Assembly: GCA_976551045.1 (NCBI GenBank)
Contig: CDPCPM010000014.1
Location: 28,458,001-28,522,000, forward strand
Length of the DNA: 64,000 nt
From: Glaucostegus cemiculus
Taxonomy: Eukaryota
Direction of reading: 5' to 3'
Part shown: one piece after another, positions 1 through 13,190 of the stretch
Position numbering within the stretch: the first letter of the stretch is position 1
Layout of the letters: each line of letters begins with the position of its first letter
Made by a program: the position numbers and the translations under genes
Notes under the pieces: model-generated
Seen by the model: the letters and a program-made list of their open reading frames with translations, nothing else
What the model was told of the DNA's origin: nothing
Database searches by the model: none

Positions 1-304
1 CTAGCTTTTAAAAAAAAATCTTTTCAAAATACATTTTAATAATTGCTTGTTTTACTCTGAAATTCTCAGCTGACTGTGATAACCTTACTGCAGGCAATTA
101 TTAATTCCTTTGGGCCCTTGAGTATTCCAATCTCAGAAGGAAAAGAATTTATACCAAACCAGAGATTATTCAACCTAGATTCAGGATATCTTCCTACCCA
201 CAGTTTTCTGGCTAACCCTTTATATTCATTCAGTAATCAAAGTGTATTTGGACAAATTTTGATAGCTGCCATTAAATATCGTACTATTCTAGCTGAAACC
301 TAAA

Positions 305-380
305 ATGGGAGTCCTAGATAGTAGATGGAGAGCTTTGAGGGGCTGAATGGCCTTATTTTGTCCTTGACTTTTCTTTTGTT
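305..380 (+). mobile_element. CR1-type LINE 3' tail remnant
   Basis: gggctgaatggcctta...ttct motif resembles the 3' UTRs of better-preserved CR1 copies in the window. Confidence 0.35.
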
Positions 381-1913
381 GTTATTACAGGTAGCCACTC
401 GAGACATATTTCAGATTTTCCTATTAACCCAGGTATTTTATAGCAGCTGCTTCTAATGGATTGGTAGCCTATGGGGAAATCTTTCTATTTCCCCTAATAC
501 TTAGCCACTTAGTGGAGGTTACTTGCATTTGGGAGATAATCCATTGGGATTATATATAAAAAACCTCAAGATTCTCCTAAGCATAATATTTAAAAGGATG
601 AACAATGAAGGAATCATTCAGTTATTCCCACACCTCCCTCCCCCACGCTCACCAATATACTTTTCAAAAATGCAGCTCATGGACTGAAACCTCTAATAAT
701 TAATGACAGTAAAGTCAATTCTTGTACCTCTGCTCAATGCCAGAAAACTAACGTGAGACAAAGGATGTGAATTCTATCACCACTCCTAGGATCTTCTGCC
801 AAAAATGACATTGGGTGCACAATATGTCCGCTTAAATGTGCAAAGAGTTGTCATGAAATGCAGCCAACAGAATAATACTCATTCTTATTGTTTACCTCTA
901 AGCAAAACTGAAATCCCACTTGGTTTAAAGGGCTTTGTCAATCTTGGGGTGATCTGTTGATTTGCTTTTTTTTAAATAATAGAAGTGCCAATTTTCCTAT
1001 CATGGGCTCAACCTCATCACTGAATAGAAACGATGAACTTTAAGTTAGTTGCCAGCCAAGCCCAGGAGTGATGTTATTTTCCATCTTGACCCACTAACAC
1101 GGATTGAGTTGTAGTGCAGCACAAGTCTGCCTCCTGGCAAGGCCCAGTGTCAGGAGAGAAGTTAAATGCAGCTGCGGTTCTGTTCGGCCTGCAGCTACTT
1201 ATTAGACCTCTAGGATTATGTCTTCAGAAGACTGATAGAGGTCAACAGCCAGAAGGGTACTGTTACCTTTGTATATCCTGAGGGAGATGTAAAGGCAATT
1301 AAAATGTCAACTTAAACCTGTACCCTTGAAATCCACAGACCTTCCAGTTATTGAGAGGTCCATAGGGTCAGATAAAGTCATGATTAGACTGTGTAGCACC
1401 CAGGTCACTTAGATTACTATGGCCAGTTTTAGTTATCAGGGCACAACAGTCATTCAGCACTGGAAAAAACGTAGAGGTAAAAATATTTGAACAGATTTAT
1501 AAGGAGAGTTTAGATGCCTGGAATGAAGATTTCTCAGATGTTTTCTTAACAAGATACTTTAAATTGTAAACAGCATGGAAACAGTTAACTTGGAGTGTAG
1601 GAATGAATCAGGTGGACTTTGAACACATTATAGTATGCACACTAGACAGCATCATATTAGGCAGCAGCCTGCCCTTCACAACAGTAATCACTTCCTGTAA
1701 GTGCTCTTTTCCTTACAATGTTTCATCCCTTTACTTAAAACCTATTAATTCATGGTAGCTACATCATACACAAATAAACCACTATTACATGCAATCTTAA
1801 CTTCAACTGGATAATTATGAATTTGTCATCTTTTTTCTTACACCATTTGCAAGGCAAGATTGCCCAGAATAAGGCAGATGGCCTCACGGTGGAACCTTTG
1901 CTCGGACTGGATG

Positions 1914-2193
1914 CCCCATCTATGCTTTTCATAATTTTGTAAACTTCTATCAGATCTCCCTGCAGCCTCTGAGACACCAGATCAAACAACTCAAGTTTGT
2001 CCAACCTCTCCTTACAGGTCATACCACTAAATTCAGGCAACATCCTGGTAAACCTCTTGTGTACTCTTTCCAAAGCCTCCACATCTTTCCTGTAATGGGG
2101 TGATGGGGTGATCAGAGTTGCTCACAATGCTCCAAGTGCAGCCTAAGCAAAGTTTTACATAGCTGCAACATGACTTCCTGACTCTTATACTCA
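1914..2193 (-). mobile_element. CR1-clade LINE ORF2 C-terminal fragment
   Basis: ORF 1759..2082(-) EALERVHKRFTRMLP...ERLDKLELF...RLQGDLIEVYKIM is the CR1 C-terminal signature. Confidence 0.9.
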
Positions 2194-2254
2194 GCTTATG
2201 CTAGCTTGGTATTTATTGAAATATTGGAATAGCCTTCAACGAATGGACAGTCTA

Positions 2255-2510
2255 GCAGTTAACATAACACTTTACAGCGCTAGCAATCCAGGTTCAGTTC
2301 TGGCTGCTGTCTGTAGGAATTTGTATGTTCTCCCTGTGTCTTCGTGGGTTTCCTCCCACATTCCAAAGATGTACGGGTTAGGAGTTTTGGACATACTATG
2401 TTGGTGCTGGAAGCGTGGCAACACTTGCAGGCTGCCCCCAGAACACGCTACTCAAAAAAAAAGGATGCATTTCACTGTGTGTTTTGATATACATGTCACT
2501 AATGAAGATA
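2255..2510 (+). mobile_element. tRNA-derived V-SINE-type SINE
   Basis: B-box-like ggttcagttc, core tgggtttcctcccacattccaaaga, tail gcatttcactgtgtgtttt...acatgtcactaat; homologous to the inverted copy at 12781-13056. Confidence 0.8.
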
Positions 2511-5300
2511 AAGAAGGGGGTGGCTATTTAAAACTAAGTTTTGTAGGAATTTCTTGTTGCAGAACATGGTGGATGTCTGGAATTACCTATCCAACAGGGT
2601 TATGGAGGTTAGCTTACTGAAGTTTACAAAGATCAAGTAGATCAATTATGGAAAGACTGGGGAATTGAGAGTCTTGGGTTGTGATACCAACACCTGTTCA
2701 ATGCCAATGCTCATTTTTCTGATCAGTTTGCTGTAGGCCTGAGGCACACGGCATTGAGCATTGGTGAATTGGCCTCACATAAAGGTAACACCATTCCCTT
2801 GTGCGCTACACCAGTGAAAGACCGCAGAGAAAACAGATAAGTGTGGGGCCCAGACTGGGGTTGTGGGGTTTCATGGGGTGGGAAGAAATGGGGAGGGAGG
2901 TGGTGTTATAAATTGGAAGTGGGGTCAGGGCAAAGCCAAATGCCAGTGAATGATTAATTGGGAAGCTGTGACACGAGGTCGTGAGGAGAAGGGACGTGAA
3001 TGGTGAGTCAGGGACCTCTGATCGGAGTCAGAATGGCAAGTAGTCAGAATGGTTGCCACTTGGGCAGGTGATTGGTGCTTGGGGCCTGGGTGAAGATGAG
3101 GGTGGGAATGTTCAAATGAGGTTTATGAGCTTGTGCGGGGTGAGGCAGAGGGACGGTGTGGGTCTTTAGGCCAGAGTTTGTTCAGGGAGACCTCCATTAT
3201 AAAACAGTAGTTCAGACAAGCAGCGTCATTAAAATTTGGTTGGACTGAGTAGGGCAAACTGGTAGATGCACCTGGGAACCACATAAATTAATTTCTCCCA
3301 GCAATGCACAGGGAGTGATCTAATTTCTTGCTTGTCCTGAGTGGAAATAATGCTTTGTGATGGAAAGAATCTGGATGAATTTTCAGAGGGGCATGGTTTG
3401 GCCCAAAAATAATCATAACTACATTGTATTCTGGGATAAGGTTCTTTCCATACGTGCAGAGCTATGTAAATAAAGGTGCTCCACAAATTGCCAGACCTCC
3501 CTGCTTCAATAATCCTCACTGCAGGGAAATTTTGCTCAAGAAAACACAACATGCATCAATAGCATCTTTAAAGAGAAGTTGACAGACCTCATGACTACTG
3601 GAAGTGATACCATATTCCAAAAATATAAATCTAAATAGGGCAAACTTCACCCATCATTTGGGCCAAATGTCCTCTTGGAATTTTTTATGTTTGTTCTGTT
3701 GCTAATTTTATTTTCTTCCCTAAGGTTACTGTGACTCAAGAGCTTACAATTTATTTCTCAATTTGAGAAGATTGTAGTATCTCTACTTTCAACTATGATA
3801 ATTTCTGAACAGTCTTCTCTGTCCCAGCTGTAGAAATCCACTCATTAATTTTGAACTACTCTATTTAATACTCCTTCAACTTTCCTTGCTGTGATGGACA
3901 TGATCCCCATATCCCAAGTTTTCAGTGCGAGTTTCTCAATGGTAATGGTGCAGCATTGGGGAGACAGATACAAGGTAATAATCTTTTCAGTATAAGCTTG
4001 ACATATGACATTATCAATGTGGTCCAGCGTCTGGGACTTCAACCTCATGTTCATTTTGTTATTTCCTCATCATTGCTTATTGCCTTATATAGTGGGGCAC
4101 TCCGTATTGGTGACTTTCTGGATGGCAAGATGATGGAACCGGCAATAAATTCAGTAATTCCAAAGACTTTAAGTACTGATGGAGCCCTTCATCTTTCTAA
4201 GTATCTGAAGCACAACTTTATGGTGCATTCTGTAGCTGGTCAAGTTCCAAATATTTGGAAGATCTGTGCTGTTATCTTTTAAATCAAACCTAAACTCCAG
4301 TATCTCTTTGGAGATCTTGAATCATGTAAAATAAGGAACAACATGGTGAGTTCACCATATTGTTCCTTTTGTTTTGACTATGGCATGTCCACTATGAAAC
4401 TGGATTGAAAAATAGTTGGAAATCCAGATGATTCAATGATTTCTTATCCTAGACCCTACTTGGCTGTATAGTTTTTCTGCAAAGTTATTAATTCCAGCAG
4501 AAATAGGAGCACTGGCACCTGTACAACAGACTGCAAAATACCTTAAAAAATCTCAATGTCTGCTGCCAGCTAAGCAACTACATATGTTTTTACATTAGTT
4601 TGTATGCTGTAAATGGGAAGCTGTCAGTATTGGGAGCCCTGGTGTCAGCCTGTGTGTGGAAAAAAAAGAGATCAGCTGAAGCACCTAATGGGAATGGAAC
4701 ATGTTTTATATCTTGTAGTGATTACTAGAGCAGGGTGACTCAAGCTCATGGCAGCCCACATGATGCGATATAATCAGATACAACACCTGCCAGCATCTTA
4801 CAAATCACAGTCAACATAACAGGCTGGTAAATGTACTGCACACAAAGTAGATATCTTTGGTTAGCTCACTTCGAAGTATTACATTTAGTTAAACAGCCAT
4901 GGCTTCTTCTTTGTCCCAATGTACCATGTTGATCAAATCCTCCATCTGTTGGTTAGAGGCTGGAATATTTACAAAATACTGTGATGCATGTGGCTCAAAG
5001 GCTCTTTGTTATGTAAGTCAATTGAAGAATTACATTCTCAACAGAATGCTCTCTAAGAATATTATCAAGCAGCCCTCACCAAATGACTTACTCCTTTGAA
5101 TTATTTGATTGCATTGCAAACTCTTGATACTGTTGTCATCTTAATTCCCAAAAATAAGCACTTTGTTGCTGAAGTATGGGATTTGTAAAATAATAATTAA
5201 TTGCATAGTTACAGTGGGCTTATCCAGAAATTATTGTATTTCTAATAGCGTTTTGAACGTATGTATCAAGTAATTCAGATTCTGATCACTCAAGTGTGTA

Positions 5301-5393
5301 TTAACAATATATACTGCACATTGTCCTGGATTTTATTGGTAAGTGCCAGATTTACTAATAAAATCCAGGACAGTGTGTAGTATAAATTGATAA
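5301..5393. repeat. Long imperfect palindrome (34-bp core stem, 5-nt loop), MITE-like
   Basis: 5311-5344 pairs with 5350-5383 with four G.T positions only; weaker pairing continues out to 5301/5393. Confidence 0.9.
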
Positions 5394-8320
5394 GATTTAA
5401 ATTTACACCCATAGTGAAATTCTGAAGTCCTGAACTTAAACTGACTGATAATGGACACTACCTCTTTCAATGCATTCCAGCTGGATTTCTTGGGAACTCC
5501 AGCAGAGGAGCTGGATCATGCTGAACTTCCTAGCTTTTGCATGAGGAAATCAGTTCTCAGATTCTGTACTTGGTTAGGCTTGCCAATGAATCCATAAGCC
5601 TGTTGATTTTAATGGCGATCACAGGGCTAAAGGGAAGCCAGGCAAGGAGAAGGTAAGTTCTTGTTTTGAAATTACTTGTGATTTATTTCTTGATTTTAAT
5701 TATTTAAATATGATTTTAAGTGGTTGGTCAATTTTTTTTAACACATTCACTTTAAATTGTTTAAATTCTCATTTTATTTTTTTATTAATTTTTTTATTGT
5801 TTCTTACTTACAAAGTTACCTGGAAGCTATTAAAATCTTAACAACTTTGACAGCAGGCAAAGCTTGGGATAGGGATTTGACAATGGGTAAAGCTGTTGGA
5901 GGAGCTTCTGGGTAATTGCTTGAGATCCTGCTAACATTCAGGGCCTCAATGCTGGACTATGGAATGATTCACAACAGCAAGGAAGCTCCCTGTATCGAGA
6001 ATGAGTGAGTTGAAAAAAGCAGCAGACAGCAACTGTTCAAGATGGGTCACTGTCAATAAATTTAGGACCAATATAATAAACTGTATAAATTTTAATATTC
6101 TTTTTGATATTCTTGTAATTTCTATATTCATCCTCATCATAATGTAACAAGTATTGGTACAGGACATGAACTAAATATACTTAGGTCAGGAATTGGAGAG
6201 AAGCCATTGGAATGAGTGCAGATAACACATTTGCGTGAGAGGTAAAGGGATCTCGAATTGCAGAAATTAATTTACAGAATTGAAAATAGAGACATGGTCA
6301 CCTCATCTATAATTAAAATAATGAATTGGAGGATCTTGAATCAAAGGGAAAGGTCACAACATGCTAAATGAAGGAAATAAAATTAGCATTTAAACAACTG
6401 TAGAAATTACAAGATGGCCCAGATGCAAATTACAATTCGGCCCGTTTGCATGGTTATATTTTTAGCACTATGTACTGAGTCAGGTATTTATAAACTGAAC
6501 CAAGAGCTGTACTAGATGCCTTTGGCTACGGGTCTGGCAGCAATCAACACCATAAAATACACATCAATCATCATGGTTAAAACAGAGCCATCTGAGATTC
6601 TCACTCCCATTCAGGTCAATTGAACACATACCAGAATGGAACCATTTTAAAAGTAGTTAGCCTGGAATTCCTAAGATATTTTTTAAAAAAATGAAAGATT
6701 GAATCTTAGTACTGAAATGTTATGATCAATTCTTTTTTAGTAATATGCACAGGTAGACATGAAATCACAATACACAAAGGGCAATTCAACAAGAGGAGAA
6801 AGTTAAATCAGTTTACAACTCGATTTATAATATGGCAGTCTGCCATATCTTTCTTTCTCCTCACTGTCTCCAGCCTTCGTTCTGACATGGGAAGAAATAG
6901 TATTTAGTTTCCATCAACTAATGTTGCAGATACTAAGAGCCCGAGTAAAATATGGTGTCAACTGCTTTATTTTGCCAGCATTGAGCTGTGGAAGGTGAAA
7001 TGTGTTAATTCCCAAGTTCTGATCCTTAATCAGTCTCAGGAAGTTGAGATTGCACTTAGCCTCTCATGTCAAAAATACTCTCAAAGCATGTACTAGCACT
7101 CAATTGCATTAATTATTGAGTTTCTATGATATGTTGAAAAAGACAGAATTACAATGCAATCATTGTCCTAGGTAAAACAGCCCATGAAACTGTGCACTTT
7201 GCTTGCACTATATCAAACTTCTTCCCCTTCTATTGACAAGTGTTAAATAACTAGCCTGTTAAAAGTTCAATAGCTTCTCACCGTATCCCTATCAGCTATC
7301 AGAACTGTAGAACAACGGGACTATAGTGTGGGGTAGAATGGAATGGGAAGCACCCAGTACAGCCCAGGAACACATCCGCGATCTGAGTGAATTATAAAAT
7401 AAAGAGCTTCTCGTACAATTTGATTTTATCTTTCACACAATGAGATGTCATATTTTAGTGCAACCAGATATGTTTAAGTGTTATTAATATAAGATACAGT
7501 TCATTGTTATTGTAACATGTTCAGCGGAAGATATTTTTTCTGCTATCAATTGCACGCTAACATTCCCTGAGGATGGTCACGTGTGGAGTTATTTTAGCAC
7601 ATCTAACCACTACAATTACCATCCCCTTTAATAGCTGTTATATGGATCGAGTAAAGAATGATAGAACTCTACCTAAAAATTTACTGGGAGTCTGTTTAAT
7701 TATAAATTTCAAACAAAAAAGTGGCATAGGATTTCAGTGTGGTTTGATTTGATGCATTTCTCGTAGGGTAACATTAAACTGACTTTCTCAATGGTACCAT
7801 TTATAATTAGCAACATTGCCAGAAAAGGATCCTTCTATAATGGCCTAACATACCATACAATTTTATGAAACACAAGGTATTCCATCACCAGTGAATGCTG
7901 ATTTTGTAGGAACACCCACATTCTGAGAAAGGATGGTTAAAAAAGTCTTCCACTTGTGAATGTCAAACAAGGAACTGATGCAGAACTGTGCCTTTAGGTC
8001 AGTGTTACCATTTTCTATTTGTAATATAATGGTACCACATTACTATTCTGCAGACAAATTCTTTGATAGATTAAGTCACTTACAACATTTTGCATGTCAA
8101 TATGCATTAAAACATATTTTCCTGTACTCCAGAGGAATAAAAGATATACTTCCATCAGTCCAATTTCCAAAAGCATTTATCTTCCAGTTCCCATGCTGGT
8201 CATTCTTAATATGCCATCGATCTATTTATACTTTCCAACTTAAAAAAAAAGCAATTAAAACACAAATTATAGAGGGGTAATTTTGCAAAACTCTGTACTG
8301 CTGGTGAGTTAGAGATACTT

Positions 8321-8735
8321 CAGAATCAGAATCAGTTTTATTGTCACTTCCATATACACATTCAGCATGCATGGGAGCGAAATACTGTACTCCACAGATC
8401 AAGGTGCTCGTCACATTAAAAAAAAGAGAGACAGAAAGACATTAACAACATTGGAACCACAAAATTAAATAGTGACTCGAATAAACAATCTTAGTATGAG
8501 TGTACTGAGGCAGCAGACAACGGACATTTAAAGTGCTGGTGCATTTTTGCACGCCTAGCATCCTTTGGTGTTGGTAGGAGGGATGGAGGGATGAGGGATT
8601 CATGGTTCTGATAGCTTGTGGGAAAAAGCTATTGCACAATCTGGTAGTCCTTGCCCGGATGCACTGGAGCCTTCTTCCGGATGGCAAGAGTGTAAAGAGG
8701 TGGTAGGAGGGGTGAGAATGTTTGTGGCCTTTCTG
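8321..8735 (-). mobile_element. Rex1/Babar-clade LINE 3' end
   Basis: ORF 8442..8765(-) HPSYHLFTLLPSGRRLQCIRARTTRLCNSFFPQAIR is the Rex1/Babar C-terminal motif; tail ...tgacaataaaactgattctgattctg. Confidence 0.85.
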
Positions 8736-9624
8736 ACACATTGATACTTTCTGATACTTTGCCAAAGTATTGTTTCTCTAGCATTAAACAACGTATTGGG
8801 TGAGTTTTGGTGAGATTTATCAGTCCAATATGGGACTGTGGGGCTGCAATTCCAAGCAATTCTTATTGTACTAATTGTGCAGTCCTATTGGGATGATACT
8901 TTGTTACAAGGTGGCTGTTTTCCACCTTTCAGCTGCTTTCCCTAATTCTCTTACAGCATTTCAAATTGTCCAGTCAGTCTTCATTGACCTCATTGACATA
9001 TATTTCAGTGAGGCCTGGATGTAATGCGGCTCTTGGTTTCCGGTTTTTACACTGGAAGTAGATTTTATGTCATTTAGACTAAGAGGTACAATGTGCAGTA
9101 GCTCCCAAGACCCATCAGACAGAAGCAAGGGGCTTCTGAGCTCAAAGAGTCAAGGGAGTATTTGTTGGAAAAACCTATTTCTGCCTTTCTCCCCATACAC
9201 AGACATAGACTTCACACTTACAGCTTGTGACAGGATCAGACTTTCTAGGAGAATTTCAACCACCTCCTTCATCTCGCCAGCCTCATCACTCACCTCGATG
9301 AGGTCTTCATCCTAGAAACAGGGTTAGTGACTCCACCAACCTTAAAGCTGTACATATACATCACATTAATTTATAGCATAAAACCAACCAGACAGTATAC
9401 TTCCATAGAATGCATTGGCTGTACAGTCTTATGGCAACCTTGCTGAGGCAATCCATTAACCCTGTCTTCTACTGTATTGAACTCCTTCTTCAAATTACAG
9501 CATGTGTACTTCTCTCTCTAGGATATGAAAGATGAATATGGTATCCAACAAATATGGCAGGCTGCAGGCAGATATTGAGGAAATATATAAATTTATCCAG
9601 CTTACTATTTTAAAAAGAAAAAAA

Positions 9625-9861
9625 CAACTGCAGATATAAATTTAAAATAAAAATTGAAATCACTGCAAAGACTTAGCAGATCGGGTAGCATTTACTCATA
9701 GTGAAACAGAGTTAAAATTTCAAATTGATTATCAAATTGATAATGGTCAGAACTTGGAACTTTCTGATGACAGGTTGATGACCTGAGATGGTAAGTCTGT
9801 TTTTGTTCCCCAGAGGTGCTGCCTGACTTGTTGAGTATTCCCAGCATTTTGATTTTAATTC
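9625..9861. mobile_element. Penelope-type palindromic mini-element with degenerate hammerhead core (9764-9795, +)
   Basis: Inverted arms (acttagcagatcgggtagcat / gtgctgcctgacttgttgagt); CTGATGA-C-AGGTT-GAT-GACCT-GAGA. Confidence 0.7.
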
Positions 9862-10504
9862 TAACTCATTGTTGCCTTTACCAGGGAGCTGAAAAATCAT
9901 TGAATTTTGACATAACACCAAGGTAACAGCAAAATAAATTCATTCAATTTGAGGTTTTTCTAGGTTACAGGGTGGAGTTGATGAACCAAATGTTGCTTGG
10001 AGAGCTTTGGGGAATATTACCTCAATCATCTCAACAGGAAGCTATTTCACTCTCTACATTTACATACTCTGTAACAACATAGTGGTGAAAAGAATCTGTG
10101 CTGACACCAAATAAACTGAAACTTGTCACAAACAGTCAGAATTCAATATTTGTTCTTTCCAGTCCTCTTTCAGGAGGAATATCACATCAACATAGCTTCC
10201 AGTTGACAGAACCTGCCATCTGCTTCCCCAGTAAAATTGACCCCAACAGCAGTGGAAGATCACAATGTCACAAGATTTTATTCACTTTATCATCAAGATA
10301 ATACCATGGTCTTAGAGGAAGAATTTGTACTGTGTGTACAGGTTAGGTGGACTCTGCAGTATGATAGAGATTGTGAATAAAAAATATGTAGTCTTTGCGC
10401 TTTTTGCAAAATTTGATTTTCAAGAAGACTGGATTGGCAAGGAGACTATTAATAGAAAAGAGTTGACCTGGAAGATATTCCAATTATATTTTTTGCATAT
10501 TGCC

Positions 10505-10630
10505 TTATAACACAAGAGGTGATTTGGCCCCATTGAGTCTATGTTGGCTCTTAGAACAATCACATCAATCCCAATCCTCTACTTATGTCCCTGTAACCTA
10601 CTTTTTCACATGTCCATAAACAAATCCTTG
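10505..10630 (-). mobile_element. 3' part of an HE1-like SINE (CR1-type tail)
   Basis: atttggccccattgagtct...gctct...atcccaatc...ccctgtaacctact aligns by eye with 45675-45790. Confidence 0.6.
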
Positions 10631-12599
10631 ATTCCCATATAAGCACTTCTCCAGACCACTAAGAAAAAAATATTTGTTTTCACTGGCAAAATAGCAGTGT
10701 AATGCTGTGTATGGAAATTTATCCCTAGTGATTCAACTGCTGTGCATGAATATAAAAATATCCAAATTGCCTAGAAGTATTGTCTAAGAAAGATGATTCA
10801 CTGATGAATTTTAAGATGGAAAACATACCTGCCTGGTTTCAGACACATTCGTTATTTAGCCTGACTTTTTTTATCAAAGGAACGATGTCTTTCTCCCATC
10901 CTCCTTTAGGTTGTTTCATGTGCCTGGCCATTCCTCCAATATAATATCTCTAGGTCATGTGAACAGCTGCTTGCCAACCTGGTTATATAGGTTTTGTAAA
11001 GTCCAGTGCAAAAGAATCAACTGCACTGGGATCAATTATATTCAAATGACTGGCCTCTATTGGTCTTAAGAAAAATGAAGAGTATTTTTTATTAAACTTT
11101 TTAGTGGCCCCAAACTCCACCATGGCATTTTCCTGAGGCCAATTCCAACATTTGCAGACCTTTGCCAGTGATTATCTGCCCAATCACAGGCTTCAAGATG
11201 GATTTCCAGAGCACTGCCTGCTGGTGGCCGAGAGCCACTCTGCTGTACTGCTGATGGTGGGGAAAGAAGCTCATGCGTTCAGGGTCATGATATCTGTGCT
11301 GAATTTCATACCGTTAAAAGGCATGGTCTTTCATTTTTCAAGACAGGAGGGAACTGGGGTAGTTAACACAACATTGCATAAGGCTGGAAAGTAGCATATC
11401 ACATATAGATTAAATTTTTAACTCAGTGCCCAATACTCAATAAATGTATTTGTAAAAGTTTTGTATTATGTTCTCATGTTACTGTTCTGCCAAATGGATG
11501 AAAACTATGCACACAGTATTGAGATGGAGCTTTCACTTTGCCTGGCTTCTTATTTCTGTTTCAAAAGACTTTTAAGGATCTTGTTCTCTGAAGTGCTCAG
11601 ATTGAATGAATGGTACATGCTAGTCAGGAGGCACTTGAAGCAAATTAATTGGATGGGTTTTCGTTCACAGGTCTCTAGCTCTCCAAAATGATCACATGTC
11701 AATAACTGCATATTTACATAATAATTGGGCTCAAACAATTTTTTAATAGACTCAGATTTTTAAGTAAACTCTTGTCTGCAACTTTCCATCAACTGCAGCA
11801 TATGACAGCATGGTAGATTAGTTTAAAGGCCAGTTTTGACGCACAGATGAAATTTAGTCATACATGTGGTTCTAAAACACTTGCAGTAAGAAACTATTCC
11901 ACCACAGATGGCCTGGTTTTGCCATTGAGAGGATGCTGCTCGAATCCTTTCAGTACAGGGTAATATATCAACCTACAGACAATTTAGTGATAACGTGCAG
12001 GTTTCTTACAGCTATTCCCAGGCGTAAGCCCTTCTATTTCGGCAAATAGTTGAACGGGGGAAGAAAAAACCTTGAAAAACAGATTGGCTGTCCTTGTTGC
12101 TATTATATACCCACAAGTGGAGACAAAAGCTTTGAGGCAGACCACCTGTTCACTCTATGAATGAGTGGTCGAAAGAATGCCTGAAAGTAGGGAAAGGAAA
12201 TAAAAACTATCACTAGACAACTGACACTTCCTGCCAGGTTAGCCATTCATTGAATAAAACAACACGGCAGGAAGGAGTGATTACAGTAGCTCGAGCATAC
12301 ACATGTCATTATCAGGACACGGTATCACAAGTGCATTGCATGTTTATTGAATGAAGTACAGTGTAAGCAAACCAAATAAAAAAACAGGAATGTAAACGAT
12401 TGTGTTATTTCATCTTCATCAAGTAATCTTCATTCACACTTATTTCAAGCTCTTTGTTGTATCTGCAATAAACTTTGCAATAAGTTTTAAAGTGGAAAGT
12501 TGGACAATGAAAATGTGAAATATTGGCCAACCTTGGAATTGGCTCTCTGTCATATTGGACTACCATTTGTACCCCAATTCAATTTTGAGCCAATGGCTC

Positions 12600-13190
12600 G
12601 ATGATATTCTTGGTTGAAGAGCCTTCATCAGAACAGGGAAGCAAAGGTAAGCCCATTAAGCTGCAGGGGGGGTGAGCAAGGGTGGATGGCTCTGATAGGG
12701 TAATTCTGGGGTGACCATGTAAACAAGGTTATCAAGTCAATGAGTGAATGGGAGCAGCTAGAAAGTGAGAAGATATGATAAGATCTCTTTATTAGTCACA
12801 TTTACATCAAAACAAACAGAGAAATGCATCTTTGCATAGAATGTTCTGGGGCCAGCCCGCAAGTGTCCCCACACTTCTGGCACCAACAAAGCATGCCCAC
12901 AACTTCCAAACCCGTATGTCTTTGGAATGTGGGAGGAAACTGGAGCACCCAGAGGAAACCTACACAGACACAGGGAGAATGTACAAACTCTTTAAAGACA
13001 GCGGCCAGAATTGAACCCAGGTCGCTGGTGCTGTAATAGCATTATGCTAACCGCTAAAGAACATAAACAAAAGAATCTCGGAGTTATGAAATATAGAGCA
13101 GGAAGAGCTGACAGAAAGACAGTTTCATTTTCTGGTGAATATTTCCAGTTTTATTTTTGATTTCCAGCATTTTTGTTGACTTTCATTAAA
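12600..13190. mobile_element. Degraded Penelope-type fragment interrupted by a SINE
   Basis: ccttcatcagaac (minus-strand CTGATGA) near 12622-12634, purine-rich body, and a terminal ctggtgaatatttccag...tttccagcatttt arm at 13132-13175. Confidence 0.45.
12781..13056 (-). mobile_element. tRNA-derived V-SINE-type SINE, near full length
   Basis: Reverse complement: tagcggttagc A-box, ggttcaattc B-box, gtttcctctgggtgctccagtttcctcccacattccaaagac core, tail ...gtgactaataaagagatct. Confidence 0.85.

Noticed and set aside
3601-3613. GAAGTGATACCAT (EVIP) resembling ROR exon 2
   Set aside because: Wrong strand, no acceptor, no following CKICGDK; chance match.
12995-13056. tRNA-like A/B boxes as a tRNA gene
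   Set aside because: They are the head of a SINE; no cloverleaf or terminator.
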